A stretch of DNA of 64,000 nucleotides, taken from Stegostoma tigrinum (Eukaryota). Below, piece by piece: positions 35,525 through 49,347 of the stretch. The stretch is from NCBI RefSeq assembly GCF_030684315.1, contig NC_081387.1, positions 5,064,497 to 5,128,496 of the forward strand, read 5' to 3'. A program made the translations under genes and the position numbers. Under the pieces are notes generated by a model. That model did no database searches and had not been told where the DNA came from. It was given only the letters and a program-made list of their open reading frames with translations. Numbering within the stretch: the stretch's first letter is position 1; the number at the start of each line of letters is the position of its first letter.

Positions 35525-37320
35525 TCAAAACTCTGGTGAATACTGGCCCAAATAAATCAATCTCTCCTCATAGGACAGTCTTGCCATCCCCAGTATCAGC
35601 CGAGTGAACCTCTGCTGCACTCCCTCTATGGCGTGTATATTGTCTTTTAGATAGGGAGAACAAAACTGCATTATATACAAAGTATACTCCAAGTGTGTGC
35701 TCACCAAGGCACTGTGTAACTGCAGCAAGACATCCCCATTCCTGAACCCAAATCCTCTGGTAATAAAGACCATTTGCTTTTCCTAATTGCTCCGTGCACC
35801 TGTCTGATTGTACTGAAGTACAAGGCCAGCCAGATCCCTCTGTACATCCATACTTTCCAATCTATCACCATTTAAATAATAGTTTCCTCCCTGATTTTCC
35901 CACCAAAGTGTATAACTTCACATTTATCCACATTGTACTGCATCTGCCTTGTGTTTTCCCACTCACTCAACTTGTCTACATCACCTTTAAAGCATCCAGG
36001 CATCCTCCTCACAACCCACAATCCTGCCCAGGTTTGTGTGGTCATAAAATTTTGAATTGTTGCATATAGTTCTCTCATCTGGGTTATTTAATTAATACAA
36101 AGATATTTTGTGAATAGATGTGGGCCAAGTACTGATCCTTGCAGTAACCCACTAGTCACTGCCTGCCACTTGGAAAAGGATCCATTTATTCCCCCTCTGT
36201 CTCCTGTCTGTGTACCAAGTTTCAATCCGTGCCAATATATTACCTCAAATCTCATGTGTCTTCATTTTTCCCACTCATTTCTCATAAAAAGCCTGCTGAA
36301 AATCTAAATACACCACATCCACTGGTTCTCCCTCATCTATCCCACTAGTTACATCCTCAAAAAAAACTCCAGTACATATGTTAAGTATGATTTGCCTTCC
36401 ATAAACTCATGCTGGCTTTCTCCAGTTCTCCTAATGCTTTCAAAGTATTCTGTTTTCACTTTGTTTTAAGAATAGTCTCTAGTAACTTCCCTGCTATTGA
36501 TTTTAGGCTAACTCCGCTGTAATACTCTTTTTTTTTGTCCCTTCCATTGTAAATGTTGGGGTTACATTTGCCACCTTCCAATCTGTAGGAACTGCTCCAG
36601 AGTCTGTGGAATTTTGGAAGATGACCATCAATGCATCTGATATTTCCAGGGCCACTTTCTTTTGCACTGTATCAGGCCATGGGGATTTGTCGGTCTTTAA
36701 TCCCATTAATTGCCTCAGCACTAATTTCTTGCCGATACTAATTTTCTTCAGTTCCTCCCTGTTACTTGACCTGTGATTCCCTAACATTTCTAAGAAGTTA
36801 TTTGTGCCCTGTTTTGTGAAGACAGGCTAAAGTACGTATCCAATTCTTGTAGCAATTCTTTGTTCCTCATTACAAATTCCCCGGCTTCTGACTGTAAGGG
36901 ATTTACATATGTCTTTACTAATCTTTCCTCTTCATGTAATTTTAGAAGTTTTTGCAGTAGTATTTTGTACCCTGCAATTTTACTCTTACACACTATTTTT
37001 CCCGTTTGATCAAACTGTTTTGCTAAATTCTAAATTACTCCCACTCCTCAGGCTTGCTGATTTTTCTGGCAATTTTATCAGTATCCTCTTTCAACCTAAT
37101 ACTATTTATAATTTATTTTGTAAGCCATGATTGTGCCATTTTCCCTCTTTTATTTTTGTCCCAACAGGAATGAAGAACTGCTGCAATTTATGAACATATT
37201 CTTTAAACATTTGCCATTGTCTATCCACTGTCAATTCTTTTAGTAAGATTCCCAATCTAGCCTTGCCAAGTCACTTATCATACCTTCGTGGTGCCTTTTA
37301 TTTAGATTCAGACCAGAGTT
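35525..37320 (-). mobile_element. Degenerate CR1 ORF2
   Basis: KSPWPD, DWKVANVTP, KCEVIHFG, VQQRFTRL. Confidence 0.85.
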
Positions 37321-37539
37321 ATGGATTTCACTACACCAAACCCTGTAATCCCAGGAGACAGGAACATGGACCTCCAATGATAACACAAAATTGCAAACAG
37401 TGCTATAATAGAACCATTATGGAGGACTGCTCAATCAATCTGGGGCTGACCTTGAGAGTATGCGAATCTGTGGGTAGCAAATATGTGTTTACTAAGGAGT
37501 GAAAGTACTTCACTCTCCACCTTAATGAAGAATTCTATC

Positions 37540-38210
37540 AGTCTTCTCACCAAAACCCGCCCAAGATTCTAAATTAATCCTTTCCGCACATTAGCAGTTT
37601 CACTCCCCGATACGTTGCCCTTGAGGTAGCTGCTATAAGGAAGAGACCATCACCTACTCCTTTCTGGAATTTTCATTTGCAAAGCAGGCCTGAAAGGATT
37701 TCTTTTATTGAGTTTCATCCCAATCAACGTGACAGTGAAGACTAAAACGTCCTCTGAGTTCAACAGGGCTATTCCCAGGGATGTAGACTGAGATACAGTG
37801 AACTGTTGCTGGAGGACCATCAACATGGTGTGATATGTTATTTGTCTCTCTGAAACTCCCTTGTCCTCCAGTGCAAAGAGCTGTGGATGACTGAGCGTTA
37901 CAGACTGGCATGTCACCATGTGCTGAGTAAAGCTTGCTGCAGATGCTACAAAGGCACATTGAATAAAACAAATATGGCCCTTCCACCATCATATACTGCA
38001 CTAGAAATGTGTAAAATTCCTCAGGCTGTTTGTTTAACATGAAATGTCTGCTGTAAGTATATACTATAGTTTGTAGTGAGGTCCCTCAGAGTGCCACATT
38101 CTGTAATGAGACATATGGATCTGTTTTGTAGTTTCTACAATTTACATTTGAACTATTATGTAATGTATCTTTACAAATTTTACAAATACAGTATGTCTTT
38201 GGAAAATAAA
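37540..38210 (+). mobile_element. Tx1/L1-group LINE 3' end remnant
   Basis: Broken frames read SFIP..GLFPG..NCCWRTIN..LVLQCKEL..RLA, resembling a Tx1 ORF2 C-terminus; AATAAA near 38204. Confidence 0.6.
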
Positions 38211-38759
38211 ATGCACACTGTTCATTACAAAACTAGATAAATGACCACATCTTTAGAAGCTGAGGTCTCTCCCTATTAAATGGTGCTTTTCATGTGTAAC
38301 CCACCGATATTTGAGTTTGCTGCTCACTCATTCTATTTGGAATCAATTGTTAAACTCTTTTATGTTAATTTCAGTTGGGATAAATTTGGTTATCCACTTT
38401 AAGAATTCAGAAAGTGCCTCCTTGTAAACAAACAGCTCCATTAATCGGTAAATTATAAATTAGTTTAATGAGGCTTAAAATAAAATATGGTCCCTGAGTG
38501 GATGATCTAGTCCAGTCCAGTCCCTCCAATGCTCATTGGTCATTGAAAGCCTGAAGAATTGAACACCGTGTGCTCCAAGGATAACCAAGCATAGACTCAA
38601 ACATTGAAAAAGTTGGCAGTCGGCCAAACAATAGTCTTGACTGCTTACTGCCTGATGTTCAGACTTACTGATGGCCACTTTGGACATACTGAAGTGCAGT
38701 CAGGCTGATTGATATAAATTTTGAGATCAAGTTGAATTAGATATGATGGTATCAAATGT

Positions 38760-40190
38760 TATTTGTTACTCCACAATGGAAGGAGACATAAAGCAGGAAA
38801 CTACAGGCCAGCTAGCTCATTGTTATTGGAAAATTATTACAAGCCATGAAAGAAATTTCAGCAGGGCGCTGATCAGTTCAAGGTAATCAGGCAGAATCAA
38901 CGTAGTTTTGTAAAAGAGAAATGTTAAACGCACCTGTCAGGGTTCTTGGAGAAAGCAATGTGTTCTGTGGATATGGGGGAACCAGTGAATGAACTGTACT
39001 TTGATTTAGGGAAGAAGTTTTATAAATGTGTCAGATCAAAAGATTTTACATGAAATAAAAGCTCACAGTGAAAAGCATTGCCAATTGGAATTGATAAAAG
39101 ATTGACTGGACAACTAGAAACAGAGAGTAGGCACAAATGGGTCTTTTTTTTTAGGTTGGCAAGATGTCATGAGTGGCAAGCCATGGGGATCTGTACTGTG
39201 ACCTCAATAGTAAACGATTTATCGTTTCGGGATCTGTGCTGTGACCTCAATAGTAAACGATTTATCATTTCGGGATCTGTGCTGTGACCTCAATAGTAAA
39301 CGATTTATCGTCTGGGGATCTGTACTGTGACCTCAATAGTAAACGATTTATCGTTTGGGGATCTGTACTGTGACCTCAACAGTAAATGATTTATCAAAGT
39401 AGTATAGATATTGCCAAATTTGCTGCTGATGCAAAAATAAGTGGGAAAGTAGCTTTTCAAGAGGATATAAGGAAATTGTGATACATTAAGTGAGGAGGCA
39501 AAGATCGCATAAATGAAATATAATGCAGGAAAATGTGAAATTGTCTATTTTGGAAACAGAATAAAAAATAATTTTATGATCTAAATGGTCAGAGGTTGCA
39601 GAGCATTGAGATGCAGAGAATCTGGCTGTCTTAATGCATTAATCACAAAAAGTTAGTACATAGGAACAAGTTCTGGTGAGACTGCACCTGCAGTATTATC
39701 CACAGTATTGGTCATGTTATTTAAGGAAGGATGTAAATGCTTTGGAGGTTTCAGAGGAGGCTTACTAGGCCTAAACCTGGAATTGTGTGTGTTACCTTTT
39801 GTGGAAAGGTTTGTATCTGCTAGTTTGGAAAAGTTACAGGTGACTTGATTGAAATGTATAAGATCCTGAGTGCTCTTGATGGAGTACATGTAGAGGGGGC
39901 ATTTCCTTTTGTGAGAGAATAGAGAACAGGGGATCACTGTTTACAAGTCAGGGATCTCTTAGTTAAAGTGCAGATTAAGAAAAATGTTTTTCTATCAGAA
40001 GGTTGTTAGCCTATGGAAATGTCTTTCTAACAATGTTGGTGGAAGCAGGCACCTTGAATATTTCCAAGACAGAGGTGGATAGATTCTTGTTGATCAAGGG
40101 GATAAAAGTTTATCAGAATAGATGGGAATGTGGATTTGAAGTTACAGTTAGAAACAGTCATGATCTTACTGAAGGCAGAGCAAACTCATA
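38760..40190 (+). mobile_element. Old CR1 ORF2 3' half
   Basis: Degenerate NYRP, KFAAD and KCEIVYFG motifs. Confidence 0.75.
39186..39395 (+). repeat. 43-bp minisatellite, about 4.9 copies
   Basis: Unit gggatctgt(a/g)ctgtgacctcaatagtaaacgatttatcgttt(c/g) starting at 39186, 39229, 39272, 39315, 39358. Confidence 0.97.
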
Positions 40191-40194
40191 AGAA

Positions 40195-43100
40195 GAAAAT
40201 AAACAGGAGCAGGAATAGACCGTTCAACCCCTCAAGCCTGACCCATGATTCAACAAGATTTGATCTGACCCAGGCCTCAATTCTTTGATATTTCAAAAGC
40301 CTATCTACCTCCTCTTTAAACACTTACAGTCACCTAGAAGAGACAATTCTCCAGGGTAGGGAATTCGAGACATTACTAGCCTCTGGGAGAAGAAAGTCCT
40401 TTATATCTCAGTTTTAAGTGAGTGTCCCTTCTTTCACTTGTGGAAACATCTTCTCAACATTTATCCAAACAAGCCTATCAGAACCTTGCATATTTCAATA
40501 ATTTTGTTCTCATTCTTCTAAACTTGAATGAAAGAAGTCTAATGTTTTTTTGTTCATTCATGACAAGTGAACCCCATAATACCAGGAATCAGCCGAGTGA
40601 ATCTCTTTTGAACTGTCTCCAATGTCAGTATATTCGTTCTTAAATACAATATTTAAGGGACCAAAACTACACACAGTGCTCCAGGTGTGGCCTCTTGAAC
40701 ACCATGTACAGTTATAACAAGACATCCCTGTTTTTAAACTCCAAGCCCTTCGCACTAAACATCAAAATCCCATTTGCCTTCATTGCTTGCTGCACCTGCA
40801 TGCAATTGTTTTGTGCTTTCTTGAAATACAAGATGTTAGCACGCACAGGAAAGCCCAGATCCCTCTGTTACTGCAATTATTTGGAGTTTAAATAATAATT
40901 TGACTTTTGATTCTTCCTATTAAAGTGCGTGACCTCACACTTTCCTTCACTAAATTACATCTGTCATTGTTTTTGCTCACTCACTCAAACTATTAACATC
41001 CCCATGCAGATCACTTATATCCTCATCACAACATGTCCTCTCACCAATTTTTGTATCATCAGCAATTTGGACATTTACACTCTGCTCCCTCCTCAAAGTC
41101 ATTAATATTGATAATAATTAATTGAGGCCTGAGGACTGATCTTGTGAAACTATCACTGGTGATGTCTTTCTAACCTGAAAAAGCCCATTAATCTCAACTG
41201 TCTGTCTTCTACGTTTGTTAACCAATCCTCAATCCATGATAATACATTACTCCTCATACCCTGAGATCCTGCCTTGATCAAAATCCTCATCAAATGCATT
41301 CTGAAAATCCAAATACACTACATCTACTAGTTCACCTTTATCAATTCTGCATGTTCTACCCTCAAAGAACTCTGGAAAATTTGTCAAATATGACTTTCCT
41401 TTCACAAAATCATGTTGTCTCTGTTTGACTGCTTTCAGCAATCTATCCAACAACAGATATGAGAGTAACTGGCTTATAACTTCCTGATTTCTGAATTTCT
41501 ATTTTCTTGAACAGAAATATCATGTTGATAGTTTCCAATTCATTGAATTAACCCCTTGGAATCTTGCAAATTCTGGAATATTTCCACTAATACTTCCACT
41601 ATCTCTGCAGTCTCTTTCTTTAAAACCCTTGGTTGCAGATGATCAGGTCCTGGTGAGGTTCCTGTCTTCAGTCCCATTAGTTTGTCTAATACCTTATCTC
41701 TCATGATACACACGGTTACAAGATCTTTCCTCCCATTAGTACTTTGCTTATCTGTTATCTTTGGGTGTTCATAGTGTCTTCTACATTGAAGGCCAATGCA
41801 AAATATTGTTTTAACTTATCGGCCATTTTCCTATTCTTTTATCAGCTCCGCAGTTTTGTCTCCAAAGAGTTATGTTCTTACTTTAGGCATTTTCTTTATA
41901 TATACCTGTAGAAGATCTTGATGTTTTGATTCCACATTTCTTGCTAATTTACTTTCATAACCAATTTTCTCCCTTTATATTAGTTTTTTAGTCATCTGCT
42001 GCTTGCTCCATAAAAACTTCCCAATCCTCTGGCCTACCGTAAGTTTTTACTACTTTGTATACTTTTTTTAATATTGGATATCCTTTATATTATATCCTTC
42101 AGTGCCTTTTTTTTAACTAAAGGTGGTTCATCCTTCTCATGAAAGCCATCTTTTTGACCTGAATTAACATCCTTTGAACATTATGAAATATCTCTTAAAT
42201 TTCTGCCACTGTTCAACTGCTGACACCAATACTGGGGAAAGAGAGCTGTTCTCATGCCACGGGCTTCATTTGAACCATGATGAGACCTTTTCCAGGCCAA
42301 TTTGCACAACTCTTTCTTCATATTCCTGTACATTGAGGAAACTGGTTTGCACTCCTTCAAACTGAATTTGAAATTCTACTATGTTATGATCACAGCCCCG
42401 AGAGAATGATTAACGTTGAGATCTCTTGTCAATCCTACTTCGTTACACATTGCTAGACATAAACTAACCTGTTCCTGTGTAGGCTGTGCAATGTCGTGCT
42501 CTAACTCAGCTTCCATGTTACCCTTGACAACCTGATTTGTCCAGTTGATATGCAGATTAAAATCATCCAAGACAATTGTAGTGCTCTTCTTACACAGCAC
42601 CATTATTTCTGAATTTATACTTTAGCCCTATCAGTGAGACAACTCTTTGAGAGCCTATATATGACTGCCCCTGTGACTCCTTTCCCTTGCCATTCCTATT
42701 TCTACCCTAACTGATTCCATACCATGAACTATTGAATCTATAACACACTACAGACCATGATAATTTAATGATCCTTTATTAAAGAAGCTACCCCATTACC
42801 TATACCTTTTGCCTGTTTTCCTAGAACACAGAACACTCTTGAATGTTTAATTACCAGTCTTATCCACGTTGTGCCACATCTCCATAGTCGCCATCAAGTC
42901 ATATTCATTTATTTCTGTTTGTGTTATCAAGTCATCTATCTGGCTGTAAAAGCTGTGTGCATTTAGATAATAAATGGTGGTGGTGATGGGAGATTTTAAC
43001 TTTCCCAACATTGACTGGGATTCACTCAGTGTTAGGGTTCAAGATGGAGCAGAATTCATAAGGAGCATCCAGGAGGGTTTTCTAGAGCAGTATGTATGTA

Positions 43101-46100
43101 GTCCAACTCGGGAAGGGGCCATACTGGACCTGGTGTTGGGGAATGAACCCGGCCAGGTGGTTGAAATTACAGTAGGGGACTACTTTGGAAATAGTGACCA
43201 CAATTCCGTAAGTTTTACAATACTCATGGACAAAGCTGAGAGTGGTCCTAAGGGAAGAGTTCTAAACTGGGGGATGGCCAACTTTACCAAAATTAGACAG
43301 GATCTGGGGAATGTAGATTGGGAGAAACTGTTTGAAGGTAAATCCACATTTGATATGTAGGAGGCTTTTAAAGAGAGGTAGATTAGTGTGCAGGAGAGAC
43401 AGGTTCCTGTGAAATGAGGGATAGAAATGGCAAGTTTAGGGAACTATGGATGACAGGTGAAATTGTGAGACTAGCTAAGAGGAAAAAGGAAGCATACATA
43501 AGATCTAGGTGACTGGAGACAGTTGAAGCTTTGGAAGAATATCAGGAATGTAGGGCGAATCTGACACGAGGAATTAAGAGGGCTAAGAGGCGACATGAGA
43601 TATTGTCAGCAAACATGGTTAAGGAAAATCCCAAATCCTTTTATTCATATATAAAGAGCAAGAGGGTAACTAGAGAAAGGATTGGCCCACTTAAGGACAA
43701 AGAAGGAAAGTTATGCGTTGAGTCAGAGAAAATGGGTGACATTCTTAACGAGTACTTTGCATCGGTATTCACCAAGGAGAGGGACATGACAGACGTTGAG
43801 GTTAGGGATAGATGTTTGCTTACTCTAGGTCAAGTCAGCATAATGAGGGAGGAAGTGCTGGGTATCCTAAAAGGCATTCAGGTGGACAAGTCCCCAGGTC
43901 TGGATGGGATCTATCCCAGGTTATTAAGGGCAGCAAGAGAGGAAATAGTCGGGGCCTTAACAGATATCTTTGCAGCATCCTTAGACACGGGTGAGGTCCT
44001 GGAGGACTGGAGAATTCCTAATGTTGTCCCCTTGTTTAAGAAGGGTAGCAGGGCTATTCCAGGTAATTATTGACTGGTGAGCCTGACGTCAGTGATGGGG
44101 AAGCTGCTGGTGAAGATACTGAGGGATAGGATCTATTCCTATTTGGAAGAAAATGGGCTTACCAGTGATACACAACATGGTTCTGTGCAGGGAAGGTCAA
44201 GTCTTACCAACTTAATAGAATTCTTTGAGGACGTGACAGAGTTGATTGATGAGGGAAAGGCTGTAGATGTCATATACATGGACTTCAGTTAGGTGTTTGA
44301 TAAGGTTCCCCATGGCAGGCTGATGGAGAAAGTGAAGTCACATGGGGTCCAGGGTGTACTAGCTAGATGGATAAAAAACTGGCTAGGCAACAGGAGACAG
44401 AGAGTAGTAATGGAAGGGGGTTTCTCAAATTGGAGACCTGTGACCAGTGGTGTTCCACAGGGATCTGTGCTGGGACCACTGTTGTTTGTGATATACGTAA
44501 ATGATTTGGAGGAAGGTGTAGGTGGTCTGATCAGCAAGTTTGCTGATGACACTAAGATTGGTGGAGTAGCAGATAGTGAAGGGGACTGTCAGAGATTACA
44601 GCAGAATATAGATAGACTGGAGAGTTGGGCAGATGAATGACAGATGGTGTTCAATCCGGGCAAATGCGAGGTGATGCATTTTGGAAAATCTAATTCAAGA
44701 GTGAACTGCACTGTAAATGGAAAAGTCCTGGGAAAAATTGATGCACAGAGAGATCTGGGTGTTCAGGTCCATTGTTCCCTGAAGGTGACAACGCAGGTCA
44801 ATAGGGTGGTCAAAAAGGCATATGGCATGCTTTCCTTCATTGGGCGGGGTATTGAGTACAAGAGTTGTCAGGTCATGTTGCAGTTGTATAGGACTTTGGT
44901 TCGGCCACATTTGGAGTACTGTGTGCAGTTCTGGTCGCCACATTACCAAAAGGATGTGGATGCTTTGGAGAGGGTGCAGAGGAGGTTCACCAGGATGTTG
45001 CCTGGTATGGAGGGCGCTAGCTATTAAGAGACGTTGAGTAGATTAGGATTATTTTCATTAGAAAGACGGAGATTGAGGGGGGACCTGATTGAGGTCTACA
45101 AAATCATGAGAGGTATAGACGGGGTGGATAGCAAAAAGCTTTTTCCCAGAGTGGGGGACTCAATTACTAGGGGTCATGAGTTCAAAGTGAGAGGAGGAAA
45201 GTTTAAGGGAGATATACGTGGAAAGTTCTTTACACAGGGTGGTGGGCGCCTGGAACGTGTTGCCAGAGGAGATGGTAAACGCAGACACGTTAGCGTCTTT
45301 TAAGATATATTTGGACAGGTACATGGATGGGCAGGGAGCAGAGGGATACAGACCGTTAGAATATAGATGATAGGTTTAGACAGAGGATCTTGATTGGCGC
45401 AGGCTTAGAGGGCCGAAGGGCCTGTTCCTGTGCTGTAATTTTCTTTGTTCCAAGCCTTAAGCTTTAAGGATTTGCCATTATTACACATATTGGTTCTAAC
45501 ATCTGTTATTATCTTATGTTATCATATTTTCGACTCCTTCCTGTCACACTTCGATTATTGCTCACCTTGGCACTAACCTGCACTCTGCTCTCTCTTTTCT
45601 TTTTGATTCTTTTTTCAATTGAACCGTCCTAACTCTCCATTAATTAGTTTATCTGCAACCCTTGTTATACAATTCGCCAGGATACTGGTCCCATCATGGT
45701 TCAAATGAAGTCCATTGCAAGAAAACAGCTCTCTTTCCCCAGTACTGGTATCAGTGTCCCTTAAACCAGAATCCATATCTCCCACATCCATCTGTGAGAC
45801 ACACCTCATTAATGTTGTTTACCCTATGACAAATTTGCATGTGGCTGAGGTAGTAATCTGGAGATTATTACTTTGTGGTCTGCTTTTTAATTTAGCTCTG
45901 ACATGCTCATAAACCCTCAGCTGAGCTTCCTTTCCTCATCCTACCTATGTTGTTGGTATCTGCACAGACAGTGTCAACTGGATTCATCTCCCTTTCCAGG
46001 CTCCTTTCTGGCACTGATTTGATATCCTGAATTTTGATACCAGCTTTCAGGCCTCTATCTTTGCTGCAGTGAACACTATCAAGAGCAAGAACCTTGTACT

Positions 46101-46200
46101 AATTCAGCAAGGGCACTGGCTGAAACTCCTCAAGAGCTAAATTCTAGATCTTCTTGCCCAACTCATAGTCACATCCTCCTACTGCAATTTGTCAAAAGCA
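40195..46200 (-). mobile_element. Old long CR1 element (ORF1 esterase + ORF2) split by a younger CR1 insertion
   Basis: Esterase motif GLHLNHDGTSILAN at about 45700; DFNLHINW; VYLDFQNAFD; tail near 40195. Confidence 0.75.
42974..45450 (+). mobile_element. Young 5'-truncated CR1 LINE ORF2 (EN-RT), nested
   Basis: MGDFNFPNIDW, SDHN, KSPGLD, GVPQGSVLGP, FADD; several in-frame stops. Confidence 0.95.
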
Positions 46201-46297
46201 CTGCTTCAGCTCCTTCCACATATATTTGCTGAGGAAAGCCTTGTAGTTGGCTCCTTATTGTTTCCAGTGAATTAGTTCAGTACGTTTTATAGAGTTA

Positions 46298-46597
46298 ATA
46301 GCCAGAGACTATTTCCCAGGGCAGAAATGGCTAGCACGAGGGGTCATAGTTTTAAGCTGGTTGGTGGAAAGTATCGAGGGGATGTCAGAGGCAGGTTCTT
46401 TACGCAGAGAGTTGTGAGAGCATGGAATGCGTTGCCAGCAGCAGTTGTGGAAGCAAGGTCATTGGGGTCATTTAAGAGACTGCTGGACATGTATATGGTC
46501 ACAGAAATTTGAGGGTGCGTACATGAGGATCAATGGTCGGCACAACATTGTGGGCTGAAGGGCCTGTTCTGTGCTGTACTGTTCTATGTTCTATGTT
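46298..46597 (+). mobile_element. CR1 3' end, same subfamily as 14537-15510
   Basis: About 15 mismatches over about 290 bp by hand alignment; (ttctatg) tail. Confidence 0.92.
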
Positions 46598-49129
46598 TTA
46601 ATTGTAGAGAGATGTATAGCCCTATACTAGAAAAGAACTTTAAACATTTGTTGTTACTACCTGAGCAGCTTAACAAGAGGAGAATTGATTCACCCTCCTC
46701 ACCTGGTCATGACAATATGATCTAGGTTCCTAAGCTTTCCCACCGCATACCCCTTGCCATTGGCTCAGTCTCCATATGCAAATACCTTCCCAGCCAATTA
46801 GAAAGGGAGCTGATATTGCATCATCAGATAGGATTAATTTTGACTATGAGAGAAAGTATTTTCCCCCATCTCCAATACAGTACTTGTATAACTTAGAAAT
46901 GAAAATCTTTCTAGAAGTAAATCTCTCATAATTTTGGTGAATGGCTCTCAGATTTGAATCCAAGGTTTTGAACGTTGACAATCAATCTGTTTGGCTATGT
47001 TGTGGACACATATGTCATGGCCATCAAGTCCTGGAGATGGGGCTTGAATCAGAAACCTCTGGCTCAGAGGGTGGAGTGCTACCCACTGCAAAACATTTTC
47101 CTCACTTAGAGAAAGGCATTGGATAATATACAATGAGTTCTGAGCAATATCCCACAAATTTAAAAAATTAAAACAAGTCCAAAGTATAAAATCCCAGCCA
47201 TCACCTGACATTTCAATGTGAAGTTGGGCAACTATTGAAAAATAGACTTGTTGAATCAAACAGAAGTTTGCAGAGAAGACTGAGATATTAATAGTGATAA
47301 GCTACCACCAGGGCATTGCTGATTAACAATTCAAACACTTTAGTAGCGTGTGGAGAGAGTTCAGGTTAGGAGGTCGATAGCCTTAAGACAGAAGTCTTCA
47401 AACAATTCAACCTCTTGTCAGCATACAACCTTAGCTGGCAGTGAATTATCATTTGGGGTTATATTACTTCTGTAACTGTCATTTATTGTAGGTTTTGAAA
47501 ATTTTCTCATAGAAATTATTTGGAAACAAGTACCTTTTTTTAAGAGACTGTGTAATATCAAAGTTTAAGATGATAGTTCAGCACTTATCGGTCAATAAGA
47601 TGTTTAATAGCCAAGAATTCTGTTCCTTTTTCATGGACTGTACATGGCAAGCCATTTACATGCTTATTATAGCAATTGAAAAAAAACTTCACATTCTTTG
47701 ATTTTTTTTGGCTATGAATAGCTAAATATAAAATTGAGGTTAGAATACAGATGTGCAAAGTAAGAGAGAGGTGAATTAGAGCACAGTCCTGGCAGTTAGG
47801 TAGCAAAAGACTGAGAAGGATGAAATACAGAAATGACTCAATTAGATGCACAAACTACACGACTCAGTTAAGGGAGGCCAGCCTAGCATTTGCATTGTGC
47901 AAATGTTTACGATCTTGACATTATTATAATTGTTCTGGATTGTACACCCACTAAGATCGAGCAGAATAACAATGTACATCATATCTCATTACACCGCCTT
48001 TCTGGTGTTCGAATGAGCGCAAATATATAAACGACACATCTCCAGTTCACCCCTAGCCTGCTCTTGGCTTTTAATTTCCTACCTCTTCAAAAACCTTCCA
48101 ACCAACCGTGTTCAACTTTTACCTGGGCCTTACTGTCAATACTAAAATTGGTCTCTTCTAGAAATTGTTGCACGATCATTTTAATCAGTGAATGCACATT
48201 GAGCTTGACTGAATTGACCCGGATTTTTCAGGTCTACGTGTGACAGTGTTAGAACTCGGCTTCGTTAAGGAGAAAATCAACGCCACTGCACATTGCCTAC
48301 GTTAGTGCAATAAAGTCCTAAATTCGGAACCGTCTGATCTGTGCTGCTTCTTTCAATGATGAAGTCACAGACAGTCTTGGAGTTAATTAAAACTCACGAG
48401 AGGTATGAATTACAGCACTTCCTAACAACAAGTTCATTAAATGAACCAGAAAGGGATTGGTCCGGTCAGGAGTAAATGGACTTTTAACAATACGAAAACT
48501 GAATAATCATCTTGGAACGGAAAATTGATTTATGGAGTGTGGAGGCTCATTCCTTCAGATTTTACTTCGTATTGGAGATTTTTCAAAAATCCGTTTTACT
48601 TTTTTCTTTCAGTCTCTTGTATCTATTTGATGGCATATTTCTTCCACTGTTAGAATCTAAGATTATGTAATACAATATTCTACACGTCCAGGTGTAGACT
48701 ATGTTGAGGAGAGGATTCATCAGGCGATTGGTTAAGAGACATACAGTTGCTCAACCAGATCCTAAATGTTACAGACTTCGTGCCGAGTAGGATATGTAAA
48801 CACAGGCGGTTTAAGAACTCTGTGTCTTTGTTGGCGAGCACAAAATCCAGAGTAATACCTTTCAAGAGTTCGTATGACTGGAAAGCCCAGGACAATTTAA
48901 ATGAAAAAAGATTCTAAGGGAAAAGAAACTTCGCGTTACTGTGACCTTCTGTGCTTCAAATAGAATCGGGTGGCTGTAACGCGTGAAAAGAAAATCTGTA
49001 ACACCACAATGTCCCCAGTGAGATCACGGTTATTGATATAAATAAAATACCTCACAGACTGCGCTTCCTGTGATAACAGGGCAGGTATTGATAATTATAA
49101 TATATTATTTATGTTGTTTTATAACTTAC

Positions 49130-49196
49130 ATTTTCCAGCCCAGGCTCCTTGAATTAAAACCAGCACCAACACAAAAAAGTAATTCCTCGCTTCCAT
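49130..49196 (-). CDS. DAA: MHC class II alpha chain, exon 1 (signal peptide) MEARNYFFVLVLVLIQGAWAGK
   Basis: ATG at 49196 in context cagaATGG; 22 codons + 1 nt of hydrophobic leader; donor T|GTAAGT at 49129; phase 1 joins exon 2 to give TAT (Tyr); X/Y promoter boxes just upstream. Too short for the ORF track. Confidence 0.92.
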
Positions 49197-49347
49197 TCTG
49201 AGCTTCTCGATTCTATGAGATGTGACAGTCCTCACCCAGTGCCAGCTCCTCTTGGATTGCGCTGTTTCTGTCTCCAGACGTTAGCTTTCTAGCTCACTCA
49301 CTGTAGTGTAACTGTTTGTGTAACTGACATGTGGTTTGGCGTTAATA

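Noticed and set aside
37705-38040. Ig/MHC-like minus-strand peptide (ISVYIPGNSPVELRGRFSLHCHV)
   Set aside because: Better explained as the antisense of a Tx1-like LINE C-terminus on the plus strand; lacks the Trp and second Cys of an Ig fold
39186-39395. CRISPR-like repeat with internal palindrome
   Set aside because: Units are directly adjacent with no spacers, derive from CR1, and there are no cas genes; vertebrate DNA
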